Shown: positions 8,283 to 18,285 of the stretch, piece after piece | How positions within the stretch are numbered: the stretch's first letter is position 1 | Layout: each line of letters begins with the position of its first letter | DNA from: an uncultured archaeon | GTDB taxonomy: Archaea; Iainarchaeota; Iainarchaeia; Iainarchaeales; CSSED10-239 | Length of the DNA: 32,000 bases | Assembly (NCBI GenBank): GCA_964468895.1 | Contig: CAYXWT010000002.1 | Location: 9,233-41,232 of the forward strand | Direction of reading: 5' to 3' | Notes under the pieces: model-generated | Seen by the model: only the letters and a program-made list of their open reading frames with translations | Told to the model about the DNA's origin: nothing | The model's database searches: none | Program-made: the position numbers and the translations under genes

Positions 8283-8945
8283 TTATTCTTTTAAATTTTT
8301 ATTTTCATATTGACAAAATTTTGTGATAGGACAATTAAAACAATTTGGTTTTCTAGGATAACATATATTTTGTCCTAATATTACAAATAAATAATTTGTT
8401 TTACTCCAGTATTTTTTAGGAAGATTTTGTCTAAGATAAAATTCAGTTTCTAAATTTGTTTTGGTATTAATTAATCTTATTCTATTTAGTATTCTATGTA
8501 CATGTACATCTACACAAATTGCAGGTGTTGAATAAGCAACACTTAAAACTAGATTTGCAGTTTTTCTACCAACACCAGGTAATTGAATTAACTCTTCAAT
8601 AGTATTTGGTATTTTATTATTAAATTTAGTTTCTATTATTTTTGGCAGTTTTTTAAGATGTATGGTTTTTTTTTTATAAAAGCCAACACCATATAGAATT
8701 TCTTCTAATTCTTTTGGATCTATTTTTTTAAGATCAGAAAAAGATTTGATTTTTTTAAATAATTTATTGCAAACTCTGGCTGTTGTTGTATCTTTAGTTC
8801 TACTAGAAAGAATAGTTCCAATTAAAACAAAAAAAGGATCTTTGGTTTTAATATGTATTTGTTCAGCTAAAGGTATTTTATAATCAATTAAACTTTTGGA
8901 TAATATATCATATATTTTTATAGTTTTATTAATATCTAGTTTCAT
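8283..8945 (-). CDS. nth: Endonuclease III (HhH-GPD DNA glycosylase/AP lyase with 4Fe-4S loop)
   Basis: Helix-hairpin-helix LPGVGRKTANLVL, VDVHVHRI, and the C-terminal cluster CYPRKPNCFNCPITKFC. Confidence 0.92.
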   Translation of the reverse strand: MKLDINKTIKIYDILSKSLIDYKIPLAEQIHIKTKDPFFVLIGTILSSRTKDTTTARVCNKLFKKIKSFSDLKKIDPKELEEILYGVGFYKKKTIHLKKLPKIIETKFNNKIPNTIEELIQLPGVGRKTANLVLSVAYSTPAICVDVHVHRILNRIRLINTKTNLETEFYLRQNLPKKYWSKTNYLFVILGQNICYPRKPNCFNCPITKFCQYENKNLKE

Positions 8946-8990
8946 GATTTTTCAAAAAAGTATTTTAAATTTAACTGTACTATTTATATT

Positions 8991-9485
8991 ATGGATAATA
9001 GAATTTATAAATATAAAATATTGTTTGTGTGTACTGGTAATGTTTTTAGAAGTTTGTCTGCAAAATATTTGTTAGATGAATTTTTAAAAGAAAAAGGTAT
9101 TAACAATGTTTTTGTAGATTCTGCAGGAATAATTGCAAAACCTCAAAATTTAATCTTTAGTGTTGTTTCAGAATTAGGTCTATTAGGTGTTGACATAAAA
9201 GATCATAAACAAAAAAAATTAACCCAGGAAATGATTTGTAATTATGATTTAGTTGTGGCAATTAGTAAAAATCATCAAAAATTTATAAAGGATAATTTTA
9301 ATCTTAATGTTCCTCTATTTTTAGAAATTGTTAAAAATAAAAAAGAAGATATTAAAGATAACCGTGAAGTTTTAGATAATTTAAATGGGTGGGCAGAAGA
9401 TATGTATAATAAATCTATAGTTAGAAAAATTTATAGGTATATTCCTGAGTTTTATAATAACTTTGAAAAATTCATAAAAAAATAA
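8991..9485 (+). CDS. Low-molecular-weight protein-tyrosine phosphatase / ArsC-like phosphatase
   Basis: P-loop ILFVCTGNVFRS (CX5R-S) near the N-terminus, DSAG motif, and ~160 aa size. Confidence 0.85.
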   Translation: MDNRIYKYKILFVCTGNVFRSLSAKYLLDEFLKEKGINNVFVDSAGIIAKPQNLIFSVVSELGLLGVDIKDHKQKKLTQEMICNYDLVVAISKNHQKFIKDNFNLNVPLFLEIVKNKKEDIKDNREVLDNLNGWAEDMYNKSIVRKIYRYIPEFYNNFEKFIKK

Positions 9486-9488
9486 CTT

Positions 9489-9929
9489 TTAAATATTTCC
9501 AGAAGATCCAAATCCTTTTTCTCCTCTAATTGTTTCATCAAGGCTTTCTACTTCTATTATTTTGTCTTTAAATATAATAGTTGGAATTAATTGAGCAATT
9601 TTGTGCCCTTTTTCAATTTTTATATCTTTATCACTACTATTAAATAAACAAATTTTTATTTCTCCAGTATATTCTCTATCAATAACACCTGCAAAAACAT
9701 CAAGTCCCATTTTAACTGAAAGTCCACTTTTAGGAGCGATTCTTCCATAAACATCTTCATAATGATTGCCAATTTTAGGTAATTGTATAGCAATTCCAGT
9801 AGAAACTGTTTCTCTAGATTTTGCTTTTATTGTTATTTCTTGATCAGAAAATAAATCATAACCGGCATCATTTTCATGAGCTTTAATTGGTAATTTTGCA
9901 GTTTCTGTTAATTTTTTTACTTTAATCAT
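9489..9929 (-). CDS. dut: dUTP diphosphatase (trimeric dUTPase)
   Basis: AGYDL, GRIAPKSGL, GVIDREYTGEI and the C-terminal RGEKGFGSSG motifs. AGAGGT lies ~6 nt upstream of the ATG. It sits 37 nt downstream of pmbA on the same strand. Confidence 0.93.
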   Translation of the reverse strand: MIKVKKLTETAKLPIKAHENDAGYDLFSDQEITIKAKSRETVSTGIAIQLPKIGNHYEDVYGRIAPKSGLSVKMGLDVFAGVIDREYTGEIKICLFNSSDKDIKIEKGHKIAQLIPTIIFKDKIIEVESLDETIRGEKGFGSSGNI

Positions 9930-9966
9930 TTTTAGACCTCTTTTTTATAGTGATATTTTTAGAATA

Positions 9967-11265
9967 TTAAATTAATTTAATGTTTTCAAGTATACCAAAT
10001 GAATATAAACTATCTCCAAAAAACATTTGTTCTTTAGAAAATTGAATATTTTTAAAACTATCTTTACAATTACCTGTAAAATTTAAATTAGTAATGGTAT
10101 TTTCAAATTTTCCATTAATAATTTCTTTACCTTGATTTATAGTTAAAGAAAATTCTCCATTTGTCAGATTACTAGTATGAAAACCCATCATACTATATAC
10201 TAAAATACCTTTTTTAGTTTTTGCAATTAAATTTTCAATTTTATTTTTTCCATTTTCTAAAATTAAATTTGTATGCTCAGAACTTATTGATCCATATGCT
10301 GAACTTCTAAATCCATTTCCTGAAGATTTTTTATTAGCTAAAGTGGAACCATATACATCATAAATTGCAGTTTTAAATTTACCTTTGTTTATAATGTTTT
10401 TATTAGTGGTTTTATAACCCTCATCATCAACACTTTGAGATCCTAAAAAATAATCAAGATGTGGTTTTTCAACTAAATTTATATTTTTTGAAAAAACTTC
10501 TTTATTTTTAAGATTATATAAGTAACTTTCTTTTTTAAAAATAGTTTCTCCAATAGTTGCAGGAACAATTAATTCATCAAATATTTCTTCTATTAACTCT
10601 GGAATAAATATTAGTGTGTATTTATCTTTTACACCTTGTTTTGGATTTAGAAGATTATTAGCATTTATTTTTGCTTGTGTTATATTATTATTAATATCAA
10701 TATCTTTTGTTTTTGTAAATATACTTGAAAAGCCACCGCTACTAGGTTTTTTAAATTTTGTATTTATGTGTGTACCTATATTAACACAAGTATTTTTATT
10801 TTCCTTTTCAAAATAAGGGTTGATATAGAAATTGTAGTGATTAACTTTACTTATTGAGCCTTCATAAGATTTTATATATTTGTCTTTAGTAAGTTCCTTT
10901 TTTGTATCTTCTATTAATTTTTCAAAGCATATATTTTCAATATTTTTATCGAATTTAATTTTAGTTTTACTTTTACTAGATCCAAAACTTTTTATTTTTA
11001 AATTATTTTTTAATTTAGCTACATTTTTTGCTTTTTTAATACCTGCAAGAATGTTTTCTATATTAAATTTATTTAGTGTGTATTCTCCAATTTGCCCATT
11101 TATTAAAACTTTTATAAGCAATGCAGAATTTTCTTTATAACTATTTTTACCTATAGAAAACTTTTCAATATTACTTTTTTCTAAATTGTTTTCTTGATAA
11201 TAAAATTCAATATTTTCTTTTTTAGATAATTTTGAACAATAATCTAATAATTCATTTTTATTCAT
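9967..11265 (-). CDS. pmbA: PmbA/TldE-family metalloprotease partner subunit
   Basis: The family-typical C-terminal region runs GFHTSNLTNGEFSL...GKEIINGKF. I place the start at ATG 11265 (MNKNELLDY...), overlapping the tldD stop by 8 nt (ATGAATAA). The track's extra 31 N-terminal codons lie inside tldD. Confidence 0.85.
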   Translation of the reverse strand: MNKNELLDYCSKLSKKENIEFYYQENNLEKSNIEKFSIGKNSYKENSALLIKVLINGQIGEYTLNKFNIENILAGIKKAKNVAKLKNNLKIKSFGSSKSKTKIKFDKNIENICFEKLIEDTKKELTKDKYIKSYEGSISKVNHYNFYINPYFEKENKNTCVNIGTHINTKFKKPSSGGFSSIFTKTKDIDINNNITQAKINANNLLNPKQGVKDKYTLIFIPELIEEIFDELIVPATIGETIFKKESYLYNLKNKEVFSKNINLVEKPHLDYFLGSQSVDDEGYKTTNKNIINKGKFKTAIYDVYGSTLANKKSSGNGFRSSAYGSISSEHTNLILENGKNKIENLIAKTKKGILVYSMMGFHTSNLTNGEFSLTINQGKEIINGKFENTITNLNFTGNCKDSFKNIQFSKEQMFFGDSLYSFGILENIKLI

Positions 11266-12676
11266 GCTTAGTTCCACCAATAATTGTATTTTTAATTTTA
11301 ATATATGGTCCACTACCACTAACAAATGCGCTTTGACCACCTTTACCACAAAACCCAAAGCTAAAATCTCCTACTTTATTACCTAAAGAATCTATATTTT
11401 TCAAATAATTAAGTATATTTCCAGAAATGCTTGCTTGTTTAAATTTAGAAATTATTTTTCCATTTTTCATTTTATAAGCATTTTTTATACCAAACATAAA
11501 TGTACCTACTGAAGGATCTACTTGACCTCCAGCAAAGCCATCTAATAAAAAGCCATCAAAATTATTTAAAAGATCTTTATATTTATCTTTGCCTTCTTTA
11601 AAATAAGTATTACTCATTCTAACTATTGGAATTTTACTATAACTTTCACTTCTTGCAGCACCGTTAGATTTCAAATTTAATTCACTAGCAGATTCAATAT
11701 CCATTAAATATTCATTAACAATTCCGTTTTTGATAATAGTTCTAGGTTTTGCAAGTATTCCTTCATCATCATATTTATAATATCCAAATTCTTTTTTAGT
11801 TGGATCATCAATAATGGTAATGTTTTTATTACAAATAACTTGTCCTAATTTTAATATTGATGAATTATTTATAACTGCATCAGCTTCAGCAGCATGACCT
11901 ATTGCTTCATGTGCTAATAAATCACTTAATTCTGGAGTTATAATTATATCAGATTTTGTTGCAGGACATGGTTTAGAATTTAATAATTCTATGATTTTAT
12001 TATTATTATCTATTAATATTTTTTCTTTTTGTTTAAAACTTATTTTTTCTAAACCTCCAAGATGTCCTATTCTATGTACACTTTGTTCTATAATATCATC
12101 TTTTTTAGAAACTAATGAAGAGTACATTATTATATGTGGGTCTTCTTGATAAATGTAAGAATATGGATTTACAAAATATTTTTTTCTTAAAATTTCCATA
12201 TAAGTTAAATTAGAATTTAATATTTCATAAAATTTATCTTTCTTTTGCTTTTTAATAAAATTTGCATTTATTTTTTGTAATTCTTTAGTTTTATTACTAA
12301 TATTAATATCTTTAAAATTTGTATATTTAATTTTACATTTAGCTTTAGTAGTTGAAAATTCATTTAGTTTTGTTTTTTTATTAGTTTTAAGAGTATTACT
12401 AATGCACTTATCAATAATAAATTTATAATTATCTATATTATTAGTACTACAAAACCCTAATTTTTGATTTTTGTAAACTCTAATACCTATTCCAGAGGTA
12501 TTATTTTCTTTAATATTTTTAATATCTTTATTTTGTATGCTTATAGAATTTGTATAATTATCTTCATATCTAATATCATAATAATCTAAATTTTTAGATT
12601 CTAAATATGATTTGATATTGTCTATTTTGTTTAGGAATTCATTTTTATTTTTAGAAGTTGTTTTTATTTTGTTCAT
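11258..12676 (-). CDS. tldD: TldD-family zinc metalloprotease
   Basis: HExxxH motif in LAHEAIGHAAEAD, and the conserved C-terminal GMFGIKNAY...GSGPYIKI-type region. It is paired with pmbA downstream. Confidence 0.9.
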   Translation of the reverse strand: MNKIKTTSKNKNEFLNKIDNIKSYLESKNLDYYDIRYEDNYTNSISIQNKDIKNIKENNTSGIGIRVYKNQKLGFCSTNNIDNYKFIIDKCISNTLKTNKKTKLNEFSTTKAKCKIKYTNFKDINISNKTKELQKINANFIKKQKKDKFYEILNSNLTYMEILRKKYFVNPYSYIYQEDPHIIMYSSLVSKKDDIIEQSVHRIGHLGGLEKISFKQKEKILIDNNNKIIELLNSKPCPATKSDIIITPELSDLLAHEAIGHAAEADAVINNSSILKLGQVICNKNITIIDDPTKKEFGYYKYDDEGILAKPRTIIKNGIVNEYLMDIESASELNLKSNGAARSESYSKIPIVRMSNTYFKEGKDKYKDLLNNFDGFLLDGFAGGQVDPSVGTFMFGIKNAYKMKNGKIISKFKQASISGNILNYLKNIDSLGNKVGDFSFGFCGKGGQSAFVSGSGPYIKIKNTIIGGTKHE

Positions 12677-12848
12677 AATATTATAATTTTAAGTAAAAAC
12701 ATTTAAATAATATTACTTTAGTGTTTTTAATTTTCAAAACAATATGTTTTTATTAATATTTCATATAAATTATATACTTTTTGATAATCTAAGAATAATA
12801 ATCTAATATTTAGATGATAATTAATTAAATTAAAAGAGGTGTTAAACT

Positions 12849-13631
12849 ATGGTGATTGTTTGGTTGATAGTAATTGTGTTTTTACTGTTAATTAGTTTAA
12901 GAGTAGTAAAAGAGTATGAAAGAGGAATTAAATTTGTTTTTGGTAGATTTGATTCAGTTATGAGTCCTGGATTAAATTTAGTAATACCTATTTTTCATAC
13001 TTATCAAATAGTAGATATAAGAACTAAAGCTGTTGATGTACCTGATCAAGAGGCAATAACTAAAGATAATATTGCAGCAGGAATTAATGCTGTTATTTAC
13101 TATAAAATTTCAGATGCAAAAAAAGCTATTATAGAAGTTCAAAACTATTATTATGCTGTAAGTCAATTAGCTCAAACAACTATGAGAAATATAGTTGGAG
13201 AAGTTGAATTAGATGAACTTTTAAGTAATAGAGATGGTATTGCTGCAAAAATTAGAGATATAATAGATAAAGCTACAGATCCTTGGGGTATTAAAGTTGA
13301 AGGTGTTGAATTAAAAGATGTTGTTTTACCTCCAGATATGAAAAGAGTTATAGCTAAACAAGCTGAAGCTGAAAGAGAAAAAAGAGCTGTAATAATAAAA
13401 GCTCAAGGAGAAGTTATTGCTTCAACTAATTTAGCAAAAGCTGCACATACTTTAGCAACTTCTGCAGGTGCTCTTCATTTAAGAACACTTCAGACATTAA
13501 ATGATCTCTCTTCAGATCAAAGCAATACAGTTATATTTGCAATACCTCTTGAACTGTTAAGAGCTTTTGAAAGAGTTGGTTTAGATAGGAATGTAATTAA
13601 TAAAATTACAACTTTAAAAAAGAAAAAATAA
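12849..13631 (+). CDS. SPFH/band-7 (stomatin/prohibitin-like) membrane protein
   Basis: An N-terminal TM, then VKEYERGIKFVFGRF...GLNLVIP...VDVPDQEAITKDN...AEAEREKRA. GAGGTG lies 8 nt upstream of the ATG. No NfeD partner is adjacent. Confidence 0.92.
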   Translation: MVIVWLIVIVFLLLISLRVVKEYERGIKFVFGRFDSVMSPGLNLVIPIFHTYQIVDIRTKAVDVPDQEAITKDNIAAGINAVIYYKISDAKKAIIEVQNYYYAVSQLAQTTMRNIVGEVELDELLSNRDGIAAKIRDIIDKATDPWGIKVEGVELKDVVLPPDMKRVIAKQAEAEREKRAVIIKAQGEVIASTNLAKAAHTLATSAGALHLRTLQTLNDLSSDQSNTVIFAIPLELLRAFERVGLDRNVINKITTLKKKK

Positions 13632-13657
13632 TCTTTTTTTCTTTTTTCTTTTTTTTT
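13616..13657 (+). terminator. A/U hairpin plus oligo-T tract at the end of the SPFH gene
   Basis: AAAAAAGAAAAAA (13616-13628) is exactly complementary to TTTTTTCTTTTTT (13635-13647), with a 6-nt loop containing the stop codon. It is followed by C plus T9. Oligo-T tracts are the usual archaeal termination signal. Confidence 0.4.
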
Positions 13658-13684
13658 AAATTATAATGATATTTTTGATTTTAT

Positions 13685-14194
13685 ATGCAAGATGGTCTAA
13701 AAAACACAAAACAGAAAAAAATAGATGATTTTAATAAAACCTTATTAAGTAAGAAAAAAGAGGATTTTTTTCATAAAATTTACTATTTCATTATAAGTTT
13801 TCCTAATTTATATAAATATAAAAATGTAATTAAGTATTTAAGTATAGGTTTGTTTGGAACTGTAGTTGATTACATTGTCTTATTATTTTTAACAGAAATA
13901 ATTGGTGTTTTTTATTTAATTTCAGCATCTATATCTTATTGCCTAGGAATTATAAGTAATTTTTTATTAAACAAAAAATTTACTTTCAAGTTTGAAAATA
14001 ATAAATTTAATTATGTGATGAGAGCTTTTTTATCTTATTTTTTAGTTTCTATTTTTAGTTTAATTATCACTTTATTATTTATGAGTTTTTTTGTAGAAGT
14101 TGTTCATATAAATTATATAATTGCAAAAATCACAATTTCTTTAGTAATGATATTTTATAGATATTTTGCACATTCTAGATGCTTCAAAAAATAA
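13685..14194 (+). CDS. GtrA-family membrane protein
   Basis: YLSIGLFGTVVDYIVLLFLTEIIGVFYLISASISYCLGIISNFLLNKKFTF is the GtrA signature. It has 4 TM helices and ~170 aa. Confidence 0.85.
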   Translation: MQDGLKNTKQKKIDDFNKTLLSKKKEDFFHKIYYFIISFPNLYKYKNVIKYLSIGLFGTVVDYIVLLFLTEIIGVFYLISASISYCLGIISNFLLNKKFTFKFENNKFNYVMRAFLSYFLVSIFSLIITLLFMSFFVEVVHINYIIAKITISLVMIFYRYFAHSRCFKK

Positions 14195-14270
14195 ATCTTC
14201 GCATTTAGTTATATTTTTATATTCTTTCTATCTTTATTCTATATTATATTTTAGAAAATTAAAATAAAAA

Positions 14271-15641
14271 ATGGGATTAATTATGAACTTAACTAAAGAT
14301 AATGTTGGACAATTAGTTGAAATTATTAAATTAAAAGATAATAAAGAAATTAAATATGAAGGTTATATTATTAAAATTTCTGAAAGTTCAGTTGATTTAA
14401 AATTATTAGATAATTCTTATAATATTTCTGTAAATATAAATGAAAATACTAAAATTTCTTTAAAAGATGAAAAAATAGAAATTGGTAAACCACCATTTTC
14501 GAAAATTATAAATAATAAAGATTTACCAAATATAACTTATATTGGAACTGGTGGAACTATTGGAACCCATATAGATTACAAAACTGGTGGAGTTTCAATG
14601 ACTAGAAAACCAGAAGAAATAGTTGTAACTACTCCTGAATTATTAAAAATTGTAAATTTAAAAAAAGTAAGCTCTCCAGTTATGAGAGGTAGTGAAGATT
14701 TAACTTATATTGATTGGCAAAAAATATCTGCAGAAGTTTATGATTCACTAATAGATGATGATATAAATGGAATTATTATTAGTCATGGAACAGATACACT
14801 TTGTTGGACTGGAAGTGCAATTTCTTTTATGATTGAAAACATAAATAAACCTGTTCTTTTAGTAGGTGCTCAGAGATCTCCTGATAGAGCTAGTTTTGAT
14901 GGATCTATGAATTTAATATGTGCTGCATATTTTATTAAAGAGAAAGTTCCTGGAGTATATTTAGTTATGCATGCAAGTATAAATGATGATTTTTGTTATG
15001 TTACTAGAGCAGTAAAATCTAAAAAATTACATACTTCTAGAAGAGATGCTTTTAAATCAGTAAATGATTTACCAATTGCTAAAGTTTATTTAGATGGTAA
15101 AATTGAATATTTACAAAATAAAAAAGATGTTTATGATTATTATAAAAATAATTTAAAACCAGTTTTAAATAATGATTTTGAAGAAAAAACAGGTGTTCTT
15201 CAAATTTGTCCAAACTCAAATCCAAAAATAATGGATTGGTATATTCAAGAAGGCTATAAAGGTCTTATTTTAGAAGGAACTGCTTTAGGTCATATTCCTA
15301 CGGGTTCAGGTGGAGAAGATAAAACTTTTCCTAATCAATTGAACTGGTTACCATATTTAGAAAAAGCAAATAAAAAAGGAATAATATTAATTATGACTAG
15401 TCAATCTTTATTTGGAAGAGTTAATAATAAAGTTTATTCCAATTTAAGATCAATTTCTAAAAGTGGTGTAGAATATTTAGAACAACATGATATGTTATAT
15501 TCAGTAGCTTATATTAAGTTAGCAATAGCTCTTAAAAAGTTTAAAACTAAAGAAGAAGTTATTAATTTTATGAAAACAAATATTTGTGGAGAAATAAGCT
15601 CTAAAGAGATATCTAATAGTTTTGAAAACTCTTTAAAATAA
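14271..15641 (+). CDS. gatD: Glutamyl-tRNA(Gln) amidotransferase subunit D (asparaginase-like)
   Basis: GTGGTIGT and SHGTDTL asparaginase motifs follow the GatD-specific N-terminal beta domain. gatE lies 0.7 kb downstream. The start could also be ATG 14283. Confidence 0.92.
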   Translation: MGLIMNLTKDNVGQLVEIIKLKDNKEIKYEGYIIKISESSVDLKLLDNSYNISVNINENTKISLKDEKIEIGKPPFSKIINNKDLPNITYIGTGGTIGTHIDYKTGGVSMTRKPEEIVVTTPELLKIVNLKKVSSPVMRGSEDLTYIDWQKISAEVYDSLIDDDINGIIISHGTDTLCWTGSAISFMIENINKPVLLVGAQRSPDRASFDGSMNLICAAYFIKEKVPGVYLVMHASINDDFCYVTRAVKSKKLHTSRRDAFKSVNDLPIAKVYLDGKIEYLQNKKDVYDYYKNNLKPVLNNDFEEKTGVLQICPNSNPKIMDWYIQEGYKGLILEGTALGHIPTGSGGEDKTFPNQLNWLPYLEKANKKGIILIMTSQSLFGRVNNKVYSNLRSISKSGVEYLEQHDMLYSVAYIKLAIALKKFKTKEEVINFMKTNICGEISSKEISNSFENSLK

Positions 15642-15657
15642 TTTGGAGGTGTTTTAA

Positions 15658-16311
15658 TTGAATTATTCTAGAATTGATTCTTTAAAAGAAAATCCAATAT
15701 TAAAAAAATATTTTATAAAACCTAAATTTATAGATTCTAAAAATCTAAATATTTATGTTGAGCTTTTAAAGAAGGGTTATTTTGATGTTTTTATTAAAAA
15801 ATTTAATTTATTTTTAAAAAAACATACATTTGGTACTAACCAAATTAAGTTTTTATTTATTTATTTGGAGTATTTACTAGAAAAGGAAGATATATTTAAT
15901 AAAAAAATTATAGCCAAAATATGTGTATATTTTTTTAGTATGAGTAGATGTATTTATTTAGGAGTATATAATAAAGAAATAATTAATTATATTAAACAAA
16001 ATAGTAATATATTAAGTAAACATAAATCATTGAACATTAGATTTTGGGATAAAGACTATTACAAATTAATTGAGTTAGAAGATAAAATTACCACTATAAA
16101 TAAAAATACGGGATTTTATATTAAAGAACATTTTAAAATATTAAATAAGAAGTTTAAGAAAAAAGAATTTACAAAGAAGATTTATTTAAAAACAGTAGAT
16201 GATCTTAGAAATAGTGTTAAAATAAGTATAGATGATTATTTGGCAGAAAAAAATAATTGTTTAATAGTTTCTATAAATAAAGCTCTTTCTAAATATGATA
16301 ATAATAAATAG
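15658..16311 (+). CDS. Hypothetical protein encoded between gatD and gatE
   Basis: A TTG start lies 7 nt after a strong GGAGGTG (15645-15651) and 16 nt after the gatD stop. The gene ends 24 nt before the gatE ATG. It is predicted helical and Lys-rich, and I recognise no family. Confidence 0.6.
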   Translation: MNYSRIDSLKENPILKKYFIKPKFIDSKNLNIYVELLKKGYFDVFIKKFNLFLKKHTFGTNQIKFLFIYLEYLLEKEDIFNKKIIAKICVYFFSMSRCIYLGVYNKEIINYIKQNSNILSKHKSLNIRFWDKDYYKLIELEDKITTINKNTGFYIKEHFKILNKKFKKKEFTKKIYLKTVDDLRNSVKISIDDYLAEKNNCLIVSINKALSKYDNNK

Positions 16312-16335
16312 AATTGGTTGAACTTGTGAATAATT

Positions 16336-18264
16336 ATGAAACAAATAAAAATAACAGATGATTTAGATTATAAAGAATTAGGATTTGCTTGTGGATTAGA
16401 ATTACATCAACAATTAGATACACATAAATTGTTTTGTAATTGTCCTTCAATAATAATTACTGATAATTCTAAACCAGATAAAATTATTACTAGAAAATTA
16501 AGAGCAGTTAATTCTGAAAGTGGAGAGGTTGATTTAACTGCATTTTATGAACAACAAAAAAATATAAATTATATTTATAAGGTTTATAATTCTTGTAATT
16601 GTTTAGTAGAAACAGATTCACAACCTCCTTTTCCTATAAATAAAGAAGCTCTTGAAATTGCTGTGATTGTATCTAAACTAACACATTCGACATTAGTAGA
16701 TAAATCTTTTGTTATGAGAAAACAGGTTATAGATGGTAGCAATGTTAGTGGATTTCAAAGAACAGCAATGATTTCTACAGATGGTTATTTAAATTTTGAT
16801 TTTGGAAATGTTAGAATTAACAAGCTACTTCTTGAAGAAGATTCTGCTAGACCAATAGAACGAAATGAAAAAGAAGCTATTTTTTCTTTAGATCGTTTAG
16901 GAGTTCCATTAATTGAGCTTGTTGTTTGGCATGATATACATACACCTGAAGATGTTCAAAAAGTAGCATTAAAATGTGGGCAAATATTTAGACTAACTAG
17001 TAGAGTAAAAAGAGGTCTTGGAACAATTAGGCAAGACATTAATATTTCTATTAATAATGGTGCCAGAGTAGAAATAAAAGGTACTCAAAATTTAGATTTA
17101 ATCCCAGAAATAGTAAAGCGAGAAATTATTAGGCAATTAAATTTAATAGAAGTTAAAGCTGAACTTAAAAGAAGAAATATTTCTAAATTTAATATTAATT
17201 CTAAATTAATTTCAGAGATATTTTCTAAATCTGAAAGTAAAATTATAAATTCTGCTTTTAAAAATAAAAAAGAGGTTTTTATTTTTAAACTAGAAAATAT
17301 GAAAGGAATATTAGGTTTTGAAATTCAGCCTGATAAAAGAGTTGGGAGTGAAATATCTTCTTATCTTAAAAAAAGATCTAAACTTAATGGTTTATTTCAT
17401 TATGATGAATTACCTAATTACGGGATTACTGAAGATGATCTTTTAATTATAAAAAACAAACTAAATCTTCAAGAAAATGATTCTTTTATAATTACAATTT
17501 GTTCTAATTCTGAAATTGAATTAGTAAAACAAATTATTGAAGATAGATTAAACAAATTAACTAATGGTGTTTTAGAAGAAACTAGAATTATAACTCCTGA
17601 AGGTAGCACGATATTTCAAAGAGTTCTTTCCGGTGGTGCTAGAATGTATCCAGAAACTGATTTAAATGATATCACTTTTGATAAAGAATTATTAAGTAGT
17701 GCTTGTAGTAATTTGCCTTTAAATATTAAAGAAAGAAGAGAATTATATTTAAATAAATTTCATTTAAATAAACAATTAGTAGATAAAATGGTTCTTAGTA
17801 ATTATGCTTTGGTTTTTAAAAATATTATTTATAATTTAGATGTTGATGCAACTAGAGTAGCAGTATTTTTATTAGAAGATTTAACTAAGCTTTCTAGAGA
17901 TCATTTAATTAATGAATATAATTTAGATAAAAAACGTATTTATGAGTTTTTTAGTTATAAAGATTTTAATAAAATTCCAAGCTCTAAATTACTAGATGTT
18001 TTTGTAAATTTTATTAAAAATGAAACTTCAGTTTATAAAACTATTAAAGATTTAAAAATCTTTGAAGAATTGGACTCTATTAAACCTTTAGATATAATAC
18101 AAGAAATAATCCTTGAAAATAAAAATAAAATTATTCAACTAAGAGAAAGATCTAGAAGCTTGCTTATGGGTGCTTTTATGGCTAAAACAAAAGGGTTAAT
18201 TGATGGTAAAAAAGCTGCTCAAATCATATCTTTTGAGCTAGATAAGTTTCTAAAAACATTATAA
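16336..18264 (+). CDS. gatE: Glutamyl-tRNA(Gln) amidotransferase subunit E
   Basis: The N-terminal FACGLELHQQLDTHKLFCNCPS, GFQRT and GARMYPETD motifs are characteristic of GatE/GatB. The ~640 aa length is typical of GatE. Confidence 0.93.
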   Translation: MKQIKITDDLDYKELGFACGLELHQQLDTHKLFCNCPSIIITDNSKPDKIITRKLRAVNSESGEVDLTAFYEQQKNINYIYKVYNSCNCLVETDSQPPFPINKEALEIAVIVSKLTHSTLVDKSFVMRKQVIDGSNVSGFQRTAMISTDGYLNFDFGNVRINKLLLEEDSARPIERNEKEAIFSLDRLGVPLIELVVWHDIHTPEDVQKVALKCGQIFRLTSRVKRGLGTIRQDINISINNGARVEIKGTQNLDLIPEIVKREIIRQLNLIEVKAELKRRNISKFNINSKLISEIFSKSESKIINSAFKNKKEVFIFKLENMKGILGFEIQPDKRVGSEISSYLKKRSKLNGLFHYDELPNYGITEDDLLIIKNKLNLQENDSFIITICSNSEIELVKQIIEDRLNKLTNGVLEETRIITPEGSTIFQRVLSGGARMYPETDLNDITFDKELLSSACSNLPLNIKERRELYLNKFHLNKQLVDKMVLSNYALVFKNIIYNLDVDATRVAVFLLEDLTKLSRDHLINEYNLDKKRIYEFFSYKDFNKIPSSKLLDVFVNFIKNETSVYKTIKDLKIFEELDSIKPLDIIQEIILENKNKIIQLRERSRSLLMGAFMAKTKGLIDGKKAAQIISFELDKFLKTL

Positions 18265-18285
18265 TTAATTTTAATTTAAAAACAT

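Noticed and set aside
11266-11358. A 31-codon N-terminal extension of the pmbA ORF (MGFVVKVVKAHLLVVVDHILKLKIQLLVELS).
   Set aside because: It overlaps the conserved C-terminus of tldD in another frame. The internal ATG at 11265 (MNKNELLDY...) gives the common ATGAATAA stop/start overlap and a normal PmbA N-terminus.
12784-12806. A 9-nt direct repeat, ATAATCTAA, at 12784-12792 and 12798-12806, upstream of the SPFH gene.
   Set aside because: It is short and pure A/T-rich, in a ~75% A+T genome. Chance recurrence is likely and there is no second locus to support it.
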